From Stylophora pistillata (Eukaryota): DNA of 64,000 nt. Each line of letters begins with the position of its first letter. Position 1 is the first letter of the stretch. This document shows, piece after piece, positions 47,378 to 57,900 of this stretch. The position numbers were made by a program, and so were the translations under genes. The stretch covers positions 383,609 to 447,608 of the forward strand of contig NW_019217810.1 of the NCBI RefSeq assembly GCF_002571385.2. The letters are read 5' to 3'. The notes under the pieces are model-generated. The model saw only the letters and a list, made by a program, of their open reading frames with translations. It ran no database searches and was not told where the DNA came from.

Positions 47378-47463
47378 CAAAGGTCTCTGTAGGAGGAGGC
47401 ATACCAGATCCCTCTCTCGTCAAAGGTCTCTTTAGGAGGAGGCGTACCAGTTCCCTCTCTCGT
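47378..47463. repeat. Two-copy ~43 bp tandem duplication
   Basis: caaaggtctct(g/t)taggaggaggc(a/g)taccag(a)t(t)ccctctctcgt twice. Confidence 0.8.
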
Positions 47464-47871
47464 CGTAATCGTTTGTTACGTTACGTAAACGTTAACCAAA
47501 CAGTTTCAATAAAATGCGTGATGGTTCTCAGCTTAATCACCTTGACTGTGCCAAAAGAATTTAAAAAAAAAAAAAAAAGAAAAAAAAAATTATGAAGAAT
47601 TAAAACTCGATTAGTGGTCGATCTCAGCTCGCGCCCGGCAATTGCGGGTGAGTAGAAAAAATGGCATGTGATCGCGTTATCGACTTTGCCCTTTAGCGGA
47701 TCGGTTAGGTTCAGGCTAAAGGAATCCAGTGCCTCAGCGAGTTTCTTAGTGTCATTTGGTGTTACTCAGTAGCTCTCAGCGCATGATTCATGATGAGATT
47801 GCTAAATATATAAATTATTTTGTTTCTTGCGAACCAACATTTCATGAGCTGACTGTATGATAGTGTTGCAA

Positions 47872-48997
47872 ATAGGGGAAACCGGAGGAGTCCCTAGTGA
47901 CCCGAAACCTAAGTTTGAAGGAAGGTGTCGATCTGAAGGCGTACGATTCCGTTCGCCTTCACTCGTTTTTGGGCGATTTCGTCCTGCATCGGGCGCTTCG
48001 TTCGTTTTCGGGTGCCTCCGTCCTATTTCGGGCGCGTTCGCTCGTTTTCGGGCGATTTCGTTCTCCGTCGGGTGCTTCCGTTCGCATATATTTTCGCGAA
48101 TTTCGGGTGCCTCCGTTCTATTTCGGGCGCGTTCGCCCAATTTCGGGCGACTTCGTTCGTTTTCGGACGATTGTGTCGTACGTCAGACGCTTTCGTTCTT
48201 TTTCGGGTGCTTCCGTCCTACTTCGGGCGTTTCTGTCCTATTATGGGCGCGTTCGCCAGATTGCAGGTGCCTCCGCTCGTTTTCGGGCGAATTCGTCCTA
48301 CTTCGGGCGCCTCTGTCCTATTTCATGTGAGTTCGCTCGATTTCGGGCGCCTCCGCTCGGTTTTCAGCGATTTCGTCTGCTTCCGTCCTACTTCGGGCGT
48401 CTGTGTCCTACTTCGGGCACGTTCTCCCGATTGCGAGCACCTCCGTTCGTTTTCGGGCGATTTAGCCCTGCGTAGGGCACTTCCGTTCGTTTTCGGGTCC
48501 CCCGACCTATTTCGGGCGCGTTCGCCCGATTACGGGTGCCTCTGCTTGGTTCCGGGTCATTTCGTGTACGTCAGACGCTTTCGTTCTTTTTCCGGTGCTT
48601 CCGCCCTACTTCGGGCATCTCTGCCATATTTCGGGCGCGTTCGCCAGATTGCGGGCGCCTCCGCTCGTCTTCGGGTCATTTCGTCCCACATGGGACGGTT
48701 CCGTTCGTTTTCAGTCGTCTCTGTCCAACTTCGGGCGCATTCGCCCGATTTTGCGCGTCTCCGCTCGGTTTCTGTCGAATTCGTCCTACGTCGGGTGCTT
48801 CCGTTCGCCTTCGGGTGCCTCCGTCCTACATCAGGTACCTCTGTTCTATTTCATGTGTGTTCGCCCGATTTCGGGCGCCTCAGCCTGTTTTCTGGCGATT
48901 TTGTCCTTCTTCGGATGCTATCGTCCGATTTTGGGCTTTGTGGTCCGTTTTAACGTCTTTCTTCTTTGGCGTGGTACTCCCCTGATTTCCAGTTATA
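47872..48997. mobile_element. TIR-flanked non-autonomous element filled with a CpG-rich ~20 bp minisatellite
   Basis: Left ataggggaaaccggaggagtcccta and right gtggtactcccctgatttccagttat are imperfect inverted repeats. Between them lies ~1 kb of tttcggg(c/t)g(c)-based units. Confidence 0.7.
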
Positions 48998-49525
48998 ACT
49001 AACCACATGCTTGAAACTTTGCAAATTATAGATAAACCTTATCGTGTTTAACTAGGAAAGACCACTAAGCTGGAACGTGTGATAATATCAGACTGAACGA
49101 AATAAACCGTTTATTTCGTTTAAGTTAAACTGAAATGGAAAATAGTGTTTTCCAAAAACTACTTTTCAAACTTGTGAAGGGCTCGCTAGTCGCAAGAACA
49201 TATCCGTTCATTTGGATTCATTCAGCTTATCTAAGAAGGGAATCTATGTTCGATCTCGGAGGCCAAAGATTAACAAAACAGACTCACAAGGATTCTACTG
49301 TTATTTATTTAGCCTTGTCAATCTTGACAATGTACTTCTACAAAATCATGAACATGTACCCTAAGGGACGCTGGCCTTGTGTTTAAGAAAGAGTACGTAA
49401 TGAATTCCGGTTTAACAATCGGACAATCACACAATGTAGCTGATAATTGTTTATTTTTAAGGGGGGAGGAGATGCCGTCCTAATATTTCAAAGAAACCTG
49501 ACTATCAAGGGTCGAAGTGTTTTCA

Positions 49526-50824
49526 CTACAGCTTGAGACCATCGTTCACAATATTTTCGTTCACAACAGCGTTCTCTTCCCTCTCGCAACTTGAGTTATT
49601 TGCCTTTTTATCGTCAGTAAAATCCAGAAGATTATACTTGTCCTTACTGCTGTCACACACGGGAGGACAGTTGACCGTCAAACTTCTTTGCCTCCGGACA
49701 GTGGTAACTTGGTGATAGCTGTTCACACCGTTGCTTTTATTTTCGCCGGAGATTTCGATCACTTTTCCGTTACTCACTTTGGGTCTGCAATTTGTAGTGT
49801 AACGCCTCCTTCCTGACTTAACAGCTCTGGTAGAACACAAATCTTGTGCATTGAGTTTGTTTTGTTCCAGCCCTTGACACACTTCAAACACCCTTCCTCC
49901 CGAAATATTTGGTGCATAGTTGGTGCTGTAACTGCGCTGTCTTCTTTCCCCTCCACCTGTTAGTGATTTCTGGCTGCTTCTTATCTCTTCCCCTCTCTTT
50001 TGCCAACTATTGACTCCAAATTCTGACCCTGGCATTGTTGCACCATCTTTGTTTAAAATGTGTCTTCTTCCTCTCCAAGTCCAGTTTGTGCTCTGTGAGA
50101 ATTCGAAGCTTAATTTCCTCGATCTACATCGATGATCTAGACCAGATCCCTCATGCTTAATTCCGTCGGAGCCCCAAAAGTCATCTTCTCCGAGCCTAAC
50201 GGATAATCCGTCATTTCCCCTATTTCCTCCCCATGCGGAAATGTGTGGATAAACACCAGTGCTGAGGCTTCTCTGGCGTGACTTTGAATTTCGATTGACA
50301 GAGGCGGAAATCTTAGGCCAGCCTTCCGAAGGCGTTGTACAAATATTATTGTGGAGACCCCATGGCTTTTTCTTGACGTCTGTTGAAAGTTCTTCTTTTC
50401 CTGAGCCCAAAGACGCAATGTACATGTTACTTTGGCTCTTGGATCTAACACAAACCCGTGGAAGCTTGGACGAGGAGCTCTTACTGTCACTTTCACCAGC
50501 AGACAATGTACGGGATCTTTCCGTGTTCTGCCCGGCTGAACCATACTGGCGAGTTTCTTTGCAGGAGATCTGCTGGAGTAGCTTCCTCCTTTCGATTCCA
50601 AAAGTCGGATTTTCTTTAACCTGTCGAATTTCACTGAGCTCCTTTTTCAGTATCTGTTGCTTGTGTGATATAAGTGATTTGAAGTGCTCCTCTTCTGCCT
50701 TAAGAATATTGAGCTGTGTGCCAAGGCGCTTGGATTCCATTTTGTTCAGACGGCGAACCGTGAAAACTCTATTTGATATAACTGAAGGGCTGTCTTCTTT
50801 CGGGGGAACCCAACCGAACGACAT
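49526..50824 (-). CDS. Intronless 432-aa paralogue of 45894-46574 with repeated RxRSx(S/T) motifs
   Basis: Long uninterrupted ORF, homologous N-terminal coiled coil, and internal repeats RQRSLSTGVYPHIS / RQRSYSTNYAPNIS / RRRYTTNCRPKVS / RQRSLTVNCPPV. Confidence 0.8.
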   Translation of the reverse strand: MSFGWVPPKEDSPSVISNRVFTVRRLNKMESKRLGTQLNILKAEEEHFKSLISHKQQILKKELSEIRQVKENPTFGIERRKLLQQISCKETRQYGSAGQNTERSRTLSAGESDSKSSSSKLPRVCVRSKSQSNMYIASLGSGKEELSTDVKKKPWGLHNNICTTPSEGWPKISASVNRNSKSRQRSLSTGVYPHISAWGGNRGNDGLSVRLGEDDFWGSDGIKHEGSGLDHRCRSRKLSFEFSQSTNWTWRGRRHILNKDGATMPGSEFGVNSWQKRGEEIRSSQKSLTGGGERRQRSYSTNYAPNISGGRVFEVCQGLEQNKLNAQDLCSTRAVKSGRRRYTTNCRPKVSNGKVIEISGENKSNGVNSYHQVTTVRRQRSLTVNCPPVCDSSKDKYNLLDFTDDKKANNSSCEREENAVVNENIVNDGLKL

Positions 50825-51628
50825 CTTTATGTTATCGAAACTGATGTGTCAGATTTCTTTTGAGACAATATGTCCATGATATCTTACTTCTCGAGATCGC
50901 GTTTCACTGACCCAGCGTCGGTTTGTTTGAGCCAATGGGGCTTTGCGCTGTACTATATAGCTTCGCGTGCCGTCATTTCAATGTTTTCAAAATAGGTTAT
51001 GTGGTTAATGAAAGGCGCGTATTAAATCCCAGCCGTAAACAACTCGACGTTTAGGGGCCTAATTCGCCGAAGTAAAAGTGGTTCACCCGCAAATTAGGCC
51101 AAAGCTATTCAAAAAGAGGCTTAAAAAGGGACGTCAAGCGAATTTTCGTTTTTACGGAGTTATAAGGTTGTGTGTAATTTCGATTGATGCAATCGATCCA
51201 ATCTTGACTACTTATCACTTAACACTAAACTTGACTCTAGTCGTGTAATCTTGAGTACAGATCCTTCAGCTCAAGTGGCAGTTCCGTGTACAAACTAAAC
51301 AAAACAGTTTCGCCGAAGAAACTAATTAGCCTTTAGAATTGATATTTGACAATGAAGTGTTAAGTGTGATCAAACGTAACCATGAAATGATCCATCTGCA
51401 AGTTTCTTTTTCAAAATTGGTAGCTTCGGCTTGTCCGTTTTCATAAACCTTTTTTTAGTGAGACGGTATTTAGCGACAAGCGGCATTGTAATCCCTTTGT
51501 AGGCCTTTGTACAGTTTTGACAAAAATGATAAGCAGATTTTCTGGAAGTAAAAGGGCTTATTTAGTTACGTTCAGTTATCAGCAGTGTCAACTTGTCAGA
51601 ATTCCTGGGTAGTCACACATGATTAGCG

Positions 51629-51850
51629 TTTAAGATGCTACCTCGGCCTTTCGAAAAGCCGGTTAAAGATCAAGAATTCTTTGATCGAATAGGCCTTTTC
51701 CGAACTACGTTTGGCCTCTTTTTCAAAACGAGGCCTGGTGCTAAACTATTTGTGTGAAAATAAGTTAATTTGCATGTGAATGAAAACCAATAGTAACATA
51801 TGGAAGGATTAGCATCAGGACTCGCTTTGAAAACGAGGCCAAAGGTGATT
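51629..51850. mobile_element. MITE just upstream of PAT1
   Basis: tttggcctctttttcaaaacgag pairs with ctcgctttgaaaacgaggccaaa. Confidence 0.55.
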
Positions 51851-51943
51851 TAGTCTTTGTCATGCGTTGGCAGAGAAAAGACTGGGTAGAATAAATGTTC
51901 GCACTTGACATGCGTCGTGCTCTATTGCGTCCAACATGTCAAC

Positions 51944-54900
51944 ATGGCGGACCCTCTGTACGGTTTCAGTTCTGAGATTCCGGTACATTTTTAATTGACT
52001 TTTTTGACAGTGAAGTTTTTGTCGCCTGTCATATGGGAGTACGGAGTAATATGAAGTCCGTATTGTACTTACCTGTGAATATATTTTAATTTTATAGGCG
52101 TTTGAGGACGAAGAATTGTCTGAATTAGATCCATCGCTGACGAATCTCGCGGAAGGAGATGAATATGATCAACTAAACGACGATACATTCGGCGATGGAG
52201 CATTAGGTAAACTATCGTATTTAGCGTTTTAGTTTCAAATTCATATGGAAATTTTTAAAAAGTGACTTGAGATGTGATTTCCAGAAAGAATCATGTGGTA
52301 AATACATTTCAAAGGTGCAGTAATAAACGTACATATATATATACGTTGAACTGAATTGAACAAAATTGTTTGTACTATGCGCTGAAATGAAATGAAATCC
52401 TGTTTTGATGAAGAGGCAGTTGTACACTCACCTTTTTTCTTTTCTGTTTGCTAACATCATGGAAGAAATATATTTAGATATTTTTAACAGAACTTTGTAG
52501 TTTTTGACTGAATTTTAAAAGTTGTTCGTTTCAGGAAGCTCTCGGCATGTATGCGCATTGAGGTCATAGGAAACTTGCATGCACAACTACGTGCTCTACG
52601 ATTTAATTCTGTCTTTCTGTCAAATTCTAATTGTAAATTCGGTTTCCTTTTGACTAAATGTTAGGAGATGGCAGTTAGATGCAGCAAAAAAGGTAACTTG
52701 ATGAAATTGTATCAACTATCAAGGTTTCTATGGTTTTCAAGGTCAATTTTCATTTGCAGTTCATTATGCAATTGACCTTATAAGTGGCAATGTCAATTTT
52801 GGCGTGTACTTTATTATACAATTGACCTTGTAAGTGGCAAGGGAATTCAAAACTTGGTCTGTGTTTCTCTAAGAATCAAACTTCCACTTGGTAAAGATAC
52901 TATCCCTTACTAAGCCTAAATTCTAAGTAATTCCTAGCATAATTTTACACTCTTCTAATTGGGAAGTGATTTTAAAAAGCTTAAGTGATAGTTGCTTGTA
53001 GCTATGTTGCTTGTTTTACAGAAGATGATTGGGAATTTGGTCACAGAAAACTTGCAGGTTTGCCATTAGAGGATGAAGCCTCAGAAAGAGCCCAATTCGA
53101 GGAGTGGCTAAAGAAAAAGGGGCTCGGATCAACAGGTGATGGTCCTGGGGCAAAGTTTGTAGAGAGAAACATTGAGGAAGATTTTGAAGATGACTTGGAT
53201 CGAGAAGAGGTAAGCTTGCATTTCTGGTGAAGGCAGTAATACAGCTAGATGTTTGTATAAAAATGACCAGTATGGTTTTTGGTTCATATATTTTTCCTAC
53301 TTATAGTGGAACTCGCAGAGTGTAGCCCCATAATTATACAAAATACAATTCCCTTTCCACTGGTTACCTTTAATTAGCACAACAATTGTCTGCTGACAGT
53401 TAAATTTTGTGCATGCTAAGACAGTACATGCTAATGGGTTCAATTAATGATTTGCAAGACTTCACTGATCAGCAGTCAATCCTTTTAAGGCTGTTATTAA
53501 TTTTTGTTGAATTTGAAATAATCATTTTTCCTTATTGCAACTATTAACAGGGCTCAACACTAACAGTAGCCAACTAGACACAGACTAGTAGAAATTCAGT
53601 TTTGGCTAGTGGTTTTTGATTTCCATCAGCCAGTTTGGCTAGTAAACAAACTGAAATTGTTGTAACATTTAAGTTGTCACCAGCCACTTGGCTAGTAAGT
53701 TGAAAAGTTAGTGTTGAGCCCTTATTAAAATACATGTACAATACCAGCTAAATACAAGCTTGGTTGACCTGGTAATGTACCAGAATGGTAATGGCATAGA
53801 CCTTCAAGGTTTCCTCAAGCCTAGTATTATAGTGCAGCAATTTCCTGCAATTCTGTTGTATTGAATTTGAGTACCGTATTTATTTGTCTATAAGCCGATC
53901 TCAGCTATAAGCCGAGACCCTAAACTTCGGTCTTTTTAGTCGAGAAGGTTCTTAAAACATGTAAATTATTTAAAATACTCGGCTACAAGCCGAGACCACA
54001 TTCAGAGAATTTCATTCTTAACCCATTAATGGCCGCAGCTGTTGTGGAAAACTGTGTTTTGAAGCTAGTCGAGCAGATTTCGGATCACTGTTGTGGTTTT
54101 AAAAGCTCAAACTTACCAAAAACCCCCTTGACAGCTCGTACACTTGACGGCCTTTCAATCCAAATGCAAAATGGCGGCCTGAAAATCTCGGGCACGCGCA
54201 GAAAGCAAGATTTCCACCCACGACTTTTACTTTTCTCTCTTTCTCCTGCCCTTTTTTTCCCCTCTCCTTTCCTGAAGTTTCTCCTCACTTGCTGGAAATT
54301 TAGTAGGCTTCATTTTGGTGTAGAGATTTTTCAGAAACTACTCATTATTTTCAAACCACATGCTCAGAAAGGTAGGTGGGTAATGGAACAAGATTTTCGT
54401 CCAGATTTTCAGGTCAAAGTTACCTGGTTTTTTGGCTAATTCTCCAATCTCCTTCACTCAATTGCGCACATTCTGGTATCGTTTGTAAGATATTTTCAAC
54501 CTGTTCAAGTACGTGCTCAAATTCGTGCTCCAGGGTTTAAAGTGATGACGTCACAAGGCGTAGAAAGGGTGTGGGTCCCCATGGGCGCATACGGGCGCAC
54601 TGGACGTCAATAGGTTAAACAAACTGAAATGAAAGCAAAAGTTTCGAAACGGAAAAGAGTTTCAATGCAGTATTGCCGTCGAAAACAAATTCTGAGATAA
54701 CCAGAGTAAGTCATCAGTGAGTCGCTAGGGGAAAGATCAAGAGAATCTCTTTAATGGAGAGCTCAATATGTCAGCGAAACACACAACGATGGGCCGTTAC
54801 ATTCAGAAATATCCGCAACTGGATGAGAGATTACTTGATTGGTTTACAGAGCAGAGAAGCCAAGATAAGTGTGGTTTTCCGCTGGCTGAGGGACGAAAGA

Positions 54901-57900
54901 AGCGGAAAATGTTTTTCTCACAAGCAGTTGGGAGAATGGGTTCAAGTGTGTGGGGGGTCTCCAGGTCACATGGCATTTCAAGGTTCAGTTGTTTTCTTGC
55001 CTTCCGTCATTGCCTGACCTTTTCACTGAGCGGTTGTTTACGGTCTCTTTGTCCTGGTTGTATTGTTTTTCTTTATATCATTCGATGGCGAAGGAAAGCT
55101 CGTGCCTGAGATCTCATGCTGTAAGACAATTGCAGCCATACAACCACAGTCCAAGCAGTCGTTCGAGAGATACTGGCGAGGAACATGGTGGTGAATCTTC
55201 TTGTACTTAACGCTGCCATTCTCGTTCGCGGCCCCCCTCGTGATCGCCGTCCGATCCTCCAGACTGGGCCAAGAAGCTCCTACAACAACAGCAAGAGAAC
55301 GCAGCAGAGCTTAAGCGGGTTCAGGAAGAGTTAAAGGGCGCAAAGTCGCATAAGAGTCAGCAGCCTCGTGCAGCAGATCCTGAGTTTCGTTTTGCCGGTA
55401 ACAAGAAGCAGTACTTGCTCAATAGGGATGTAATGGATAAGATCGACGAGGCCCTTGAGGCTGAAGACAATGAAGAACATACGCAAAAACTTACGGAAAG
55501 TAAGGACTTACTTGTGGAGCGAAACAAGCATATTCTTCTTGCTGAGAAATATGGATGGGACACTGTTTCTTGTTATACTGCCGATCCACTTGCTAGCAAC
55601 TCATAGGATGAAAAGAAAATTCGGAAAGCCATCAAGTAGAGCAAGCAGTTGAGGGAGGAGAAAAGAAGAAATTCTTCTTCTAAAGTTACGAGGCCTAAAG
55701 GAGTAATTCCGTGGTCTTCGGAAAGGAGGGTTATCCTCAACAGAAATAGCCTGAGTGGGCTATCGCCATTAATTTTGTAGCAGAAAAACAGATCAGTCTC
55801 GTGATGGGTGGTCTGTTTGTTTTCGTTGCTTCAAGCCAGGTCACTTCGCTAGAGACTGCCGTGCCGCCAATGTTTTCAATGGGGCAGGATCAGCCAGGCA
55901 GACCTCAACCAATTACTAACAGCCAGCCCAGTAGTGCTTCTTTTTGCAGGATGGACGATTGTTCATTCTCATGTTTATTCTCATGTGAAATCCTTGCATA
56001 TTACCAGTGAAAGTGCCATATTTGAGAACGTTGCTTATAGTGGTGTTGTTGTTAAAGGTCGTTTACGAAAAAATATTGACTTTTGGCGCAGTATCGGGGC
56101 AAGTAACTGGTTGCTGAAAGTGATTTGTGAAGGTTATTGTTTGCCGTTTGTAGATTGACCTCCCAAGAAGTGTTTTTTTTGCAATCATGATAGTACGTTA
56201 TGTAATTTGCAGTTTGTGTCTTCGGAGATCTCTATGTTGCTGATGTCAGGTGCTTTGGCTGAAGTTAATGCTGCAGACCTGCTTGTGTGTAACCCACTGG
56301 GTGTTGCTACTAACAGTTCAGGAAAGCACAGGCTTATTGTGGATTTGTGTTTTTGTGAATCAGCATCTCAGATCATGCAATTTCAAATATGAAGACATAC
56401 GTACTGCAGCTGACTTGTTCAATCAGGGTGATCGGTTCTTTAATTTTGACTACACCAGTGGTTATCACCATGTAGAAATTTTCCCTGAGCATACTAAATT
56501 TCTCAGTTGCTCTTGGATGGTTAATGGTTCCCTTAAATACTTCAAGTTTACCATTCTTCCTTTTGGTCTCTCAGTGGGTCCCTTTGTTTTTATGAAAATC
56601 CAGAAAGCACTAACAAAGCACTGGAGGAGTCAAGGGATTTGTATATTTACTTATTTGGACGATGGTGCAGGTGCAGATTCTGATTTTCATGAAGCTCGGA
56701 GGGTTTCTAATTTGGTAAGGCAAGATGTACAACGTAGTGGTTTTGTGGCAAATGATGAGAAAAGCCAATGGGTGCCAGTCCAGTCAGGGGAGCTGCTGGG
56801 TTATGTTTTGAATTTACAGATGGGTACATTCCAAGTTCCACATAAGAGGGTGGATGCTTTTCTTTATGTTCTACAGGATGTCTAGATCACGGTTTGCTTG
56901 GTTTGCTCGCTTGGATAGCTGTTGGAGCCCTCACACCATTGACCGCTTTGCCAGTGTGAAAACTAAGCAGCTCGACAGATTTTGTAGCAGATTCCTCAAT
57001 CCTGGTTGTGAAGCTGTGGATACTTTCACTGTGTCTTGGGTAGGGGATTACAACTGGCTCTTTCCTCCGCCTTACATGGTGCCTTGTGTGTTGTGCCACA
57101 TGCGCAAGGGATGTGAAGACGGAACCCTCCTGGTCCCAGAATGGCCTTCTGCACCTTGGTTGCCCCTTCTCTTCGCGAAGCATGGTTCTTGGCATGGTTT
57201 TGTGACAGCATCCCTAAAAATCCAATCTTATGAGGGTCCTTTCATCCCAAGGGCAACAGCAACCTGCATCTTTACTGCAGGCGTGCCATCTTTTTCTCTG
57301 CCGGCTTTGAAGTTGTGCTTTTGCGGTGCACATGTTCTCTCCTAGCGTCTTTGGAGTGTTAGCCTGTGAGGTCATGATACGTGGATGCTCCCAGGAACCT
57401 TCCCAGCCTCAGGTTGTGGCTGTTCTGTGTACCCGCTTTTGTTATGTGACCAGCCTGTTATGGGTGTTTACCTGCTGGCAGGTGTCATGTTTTTGCTGCT
57501 GTTTACAGTGTTGCAGTATGTGCTGGAATTTTTTGTTTTTCCTGATCCACTGTTATGGTTTCTCTGCCTGTTATGGGCTCCCTGGAGCTGTTATGGCATT
57601 TTAGTCTGTTATGGAGTGAGTTGCGTTTGTGATGTTTTTTGTTGCATGTGCCTATAATGTCCCTAGATGGTTACATTAAATGGGTGTTGTTCTGTTTTTA
57701 TAGAAGGGGTTGTCATTTGCTTGTGTTGCAGTGGTGCAGCCTATCTCATGGGAGGTTACTCTTCCAGCAGAATTTGGAGTGGGGTGTTTTGATGATCCAG
57801 AGTTGAGGCATTTGGCAAGTTTTCTACCAGCTGTGTTAGTACAGGATAGAGCCACTTCAACAGCAGTAGCCTATCTTCGTGCATACAAGTCCTGGAAGTC

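Noticed and set aside
47802-49002. Several long overlapping ORFs (up to 313 aa) rich in R/F/S/G
   Set aside because: They are translations of a stop-poor minisatellite in multiple frames, with no domain signal.
50137-50879. Overlapping 165-aa and antisense 206-aa ORFs
   Set aside because: Shadows of the 432-aa gene, which alone has paralogue support.
56880-57345. Stand-alone DNA adenine methyltransferase or phage integrase suggesting horizontal transfer
   Set aside because: Both domains are normal parts of DIRS retrotransposons and lie in the expected order after the RT.
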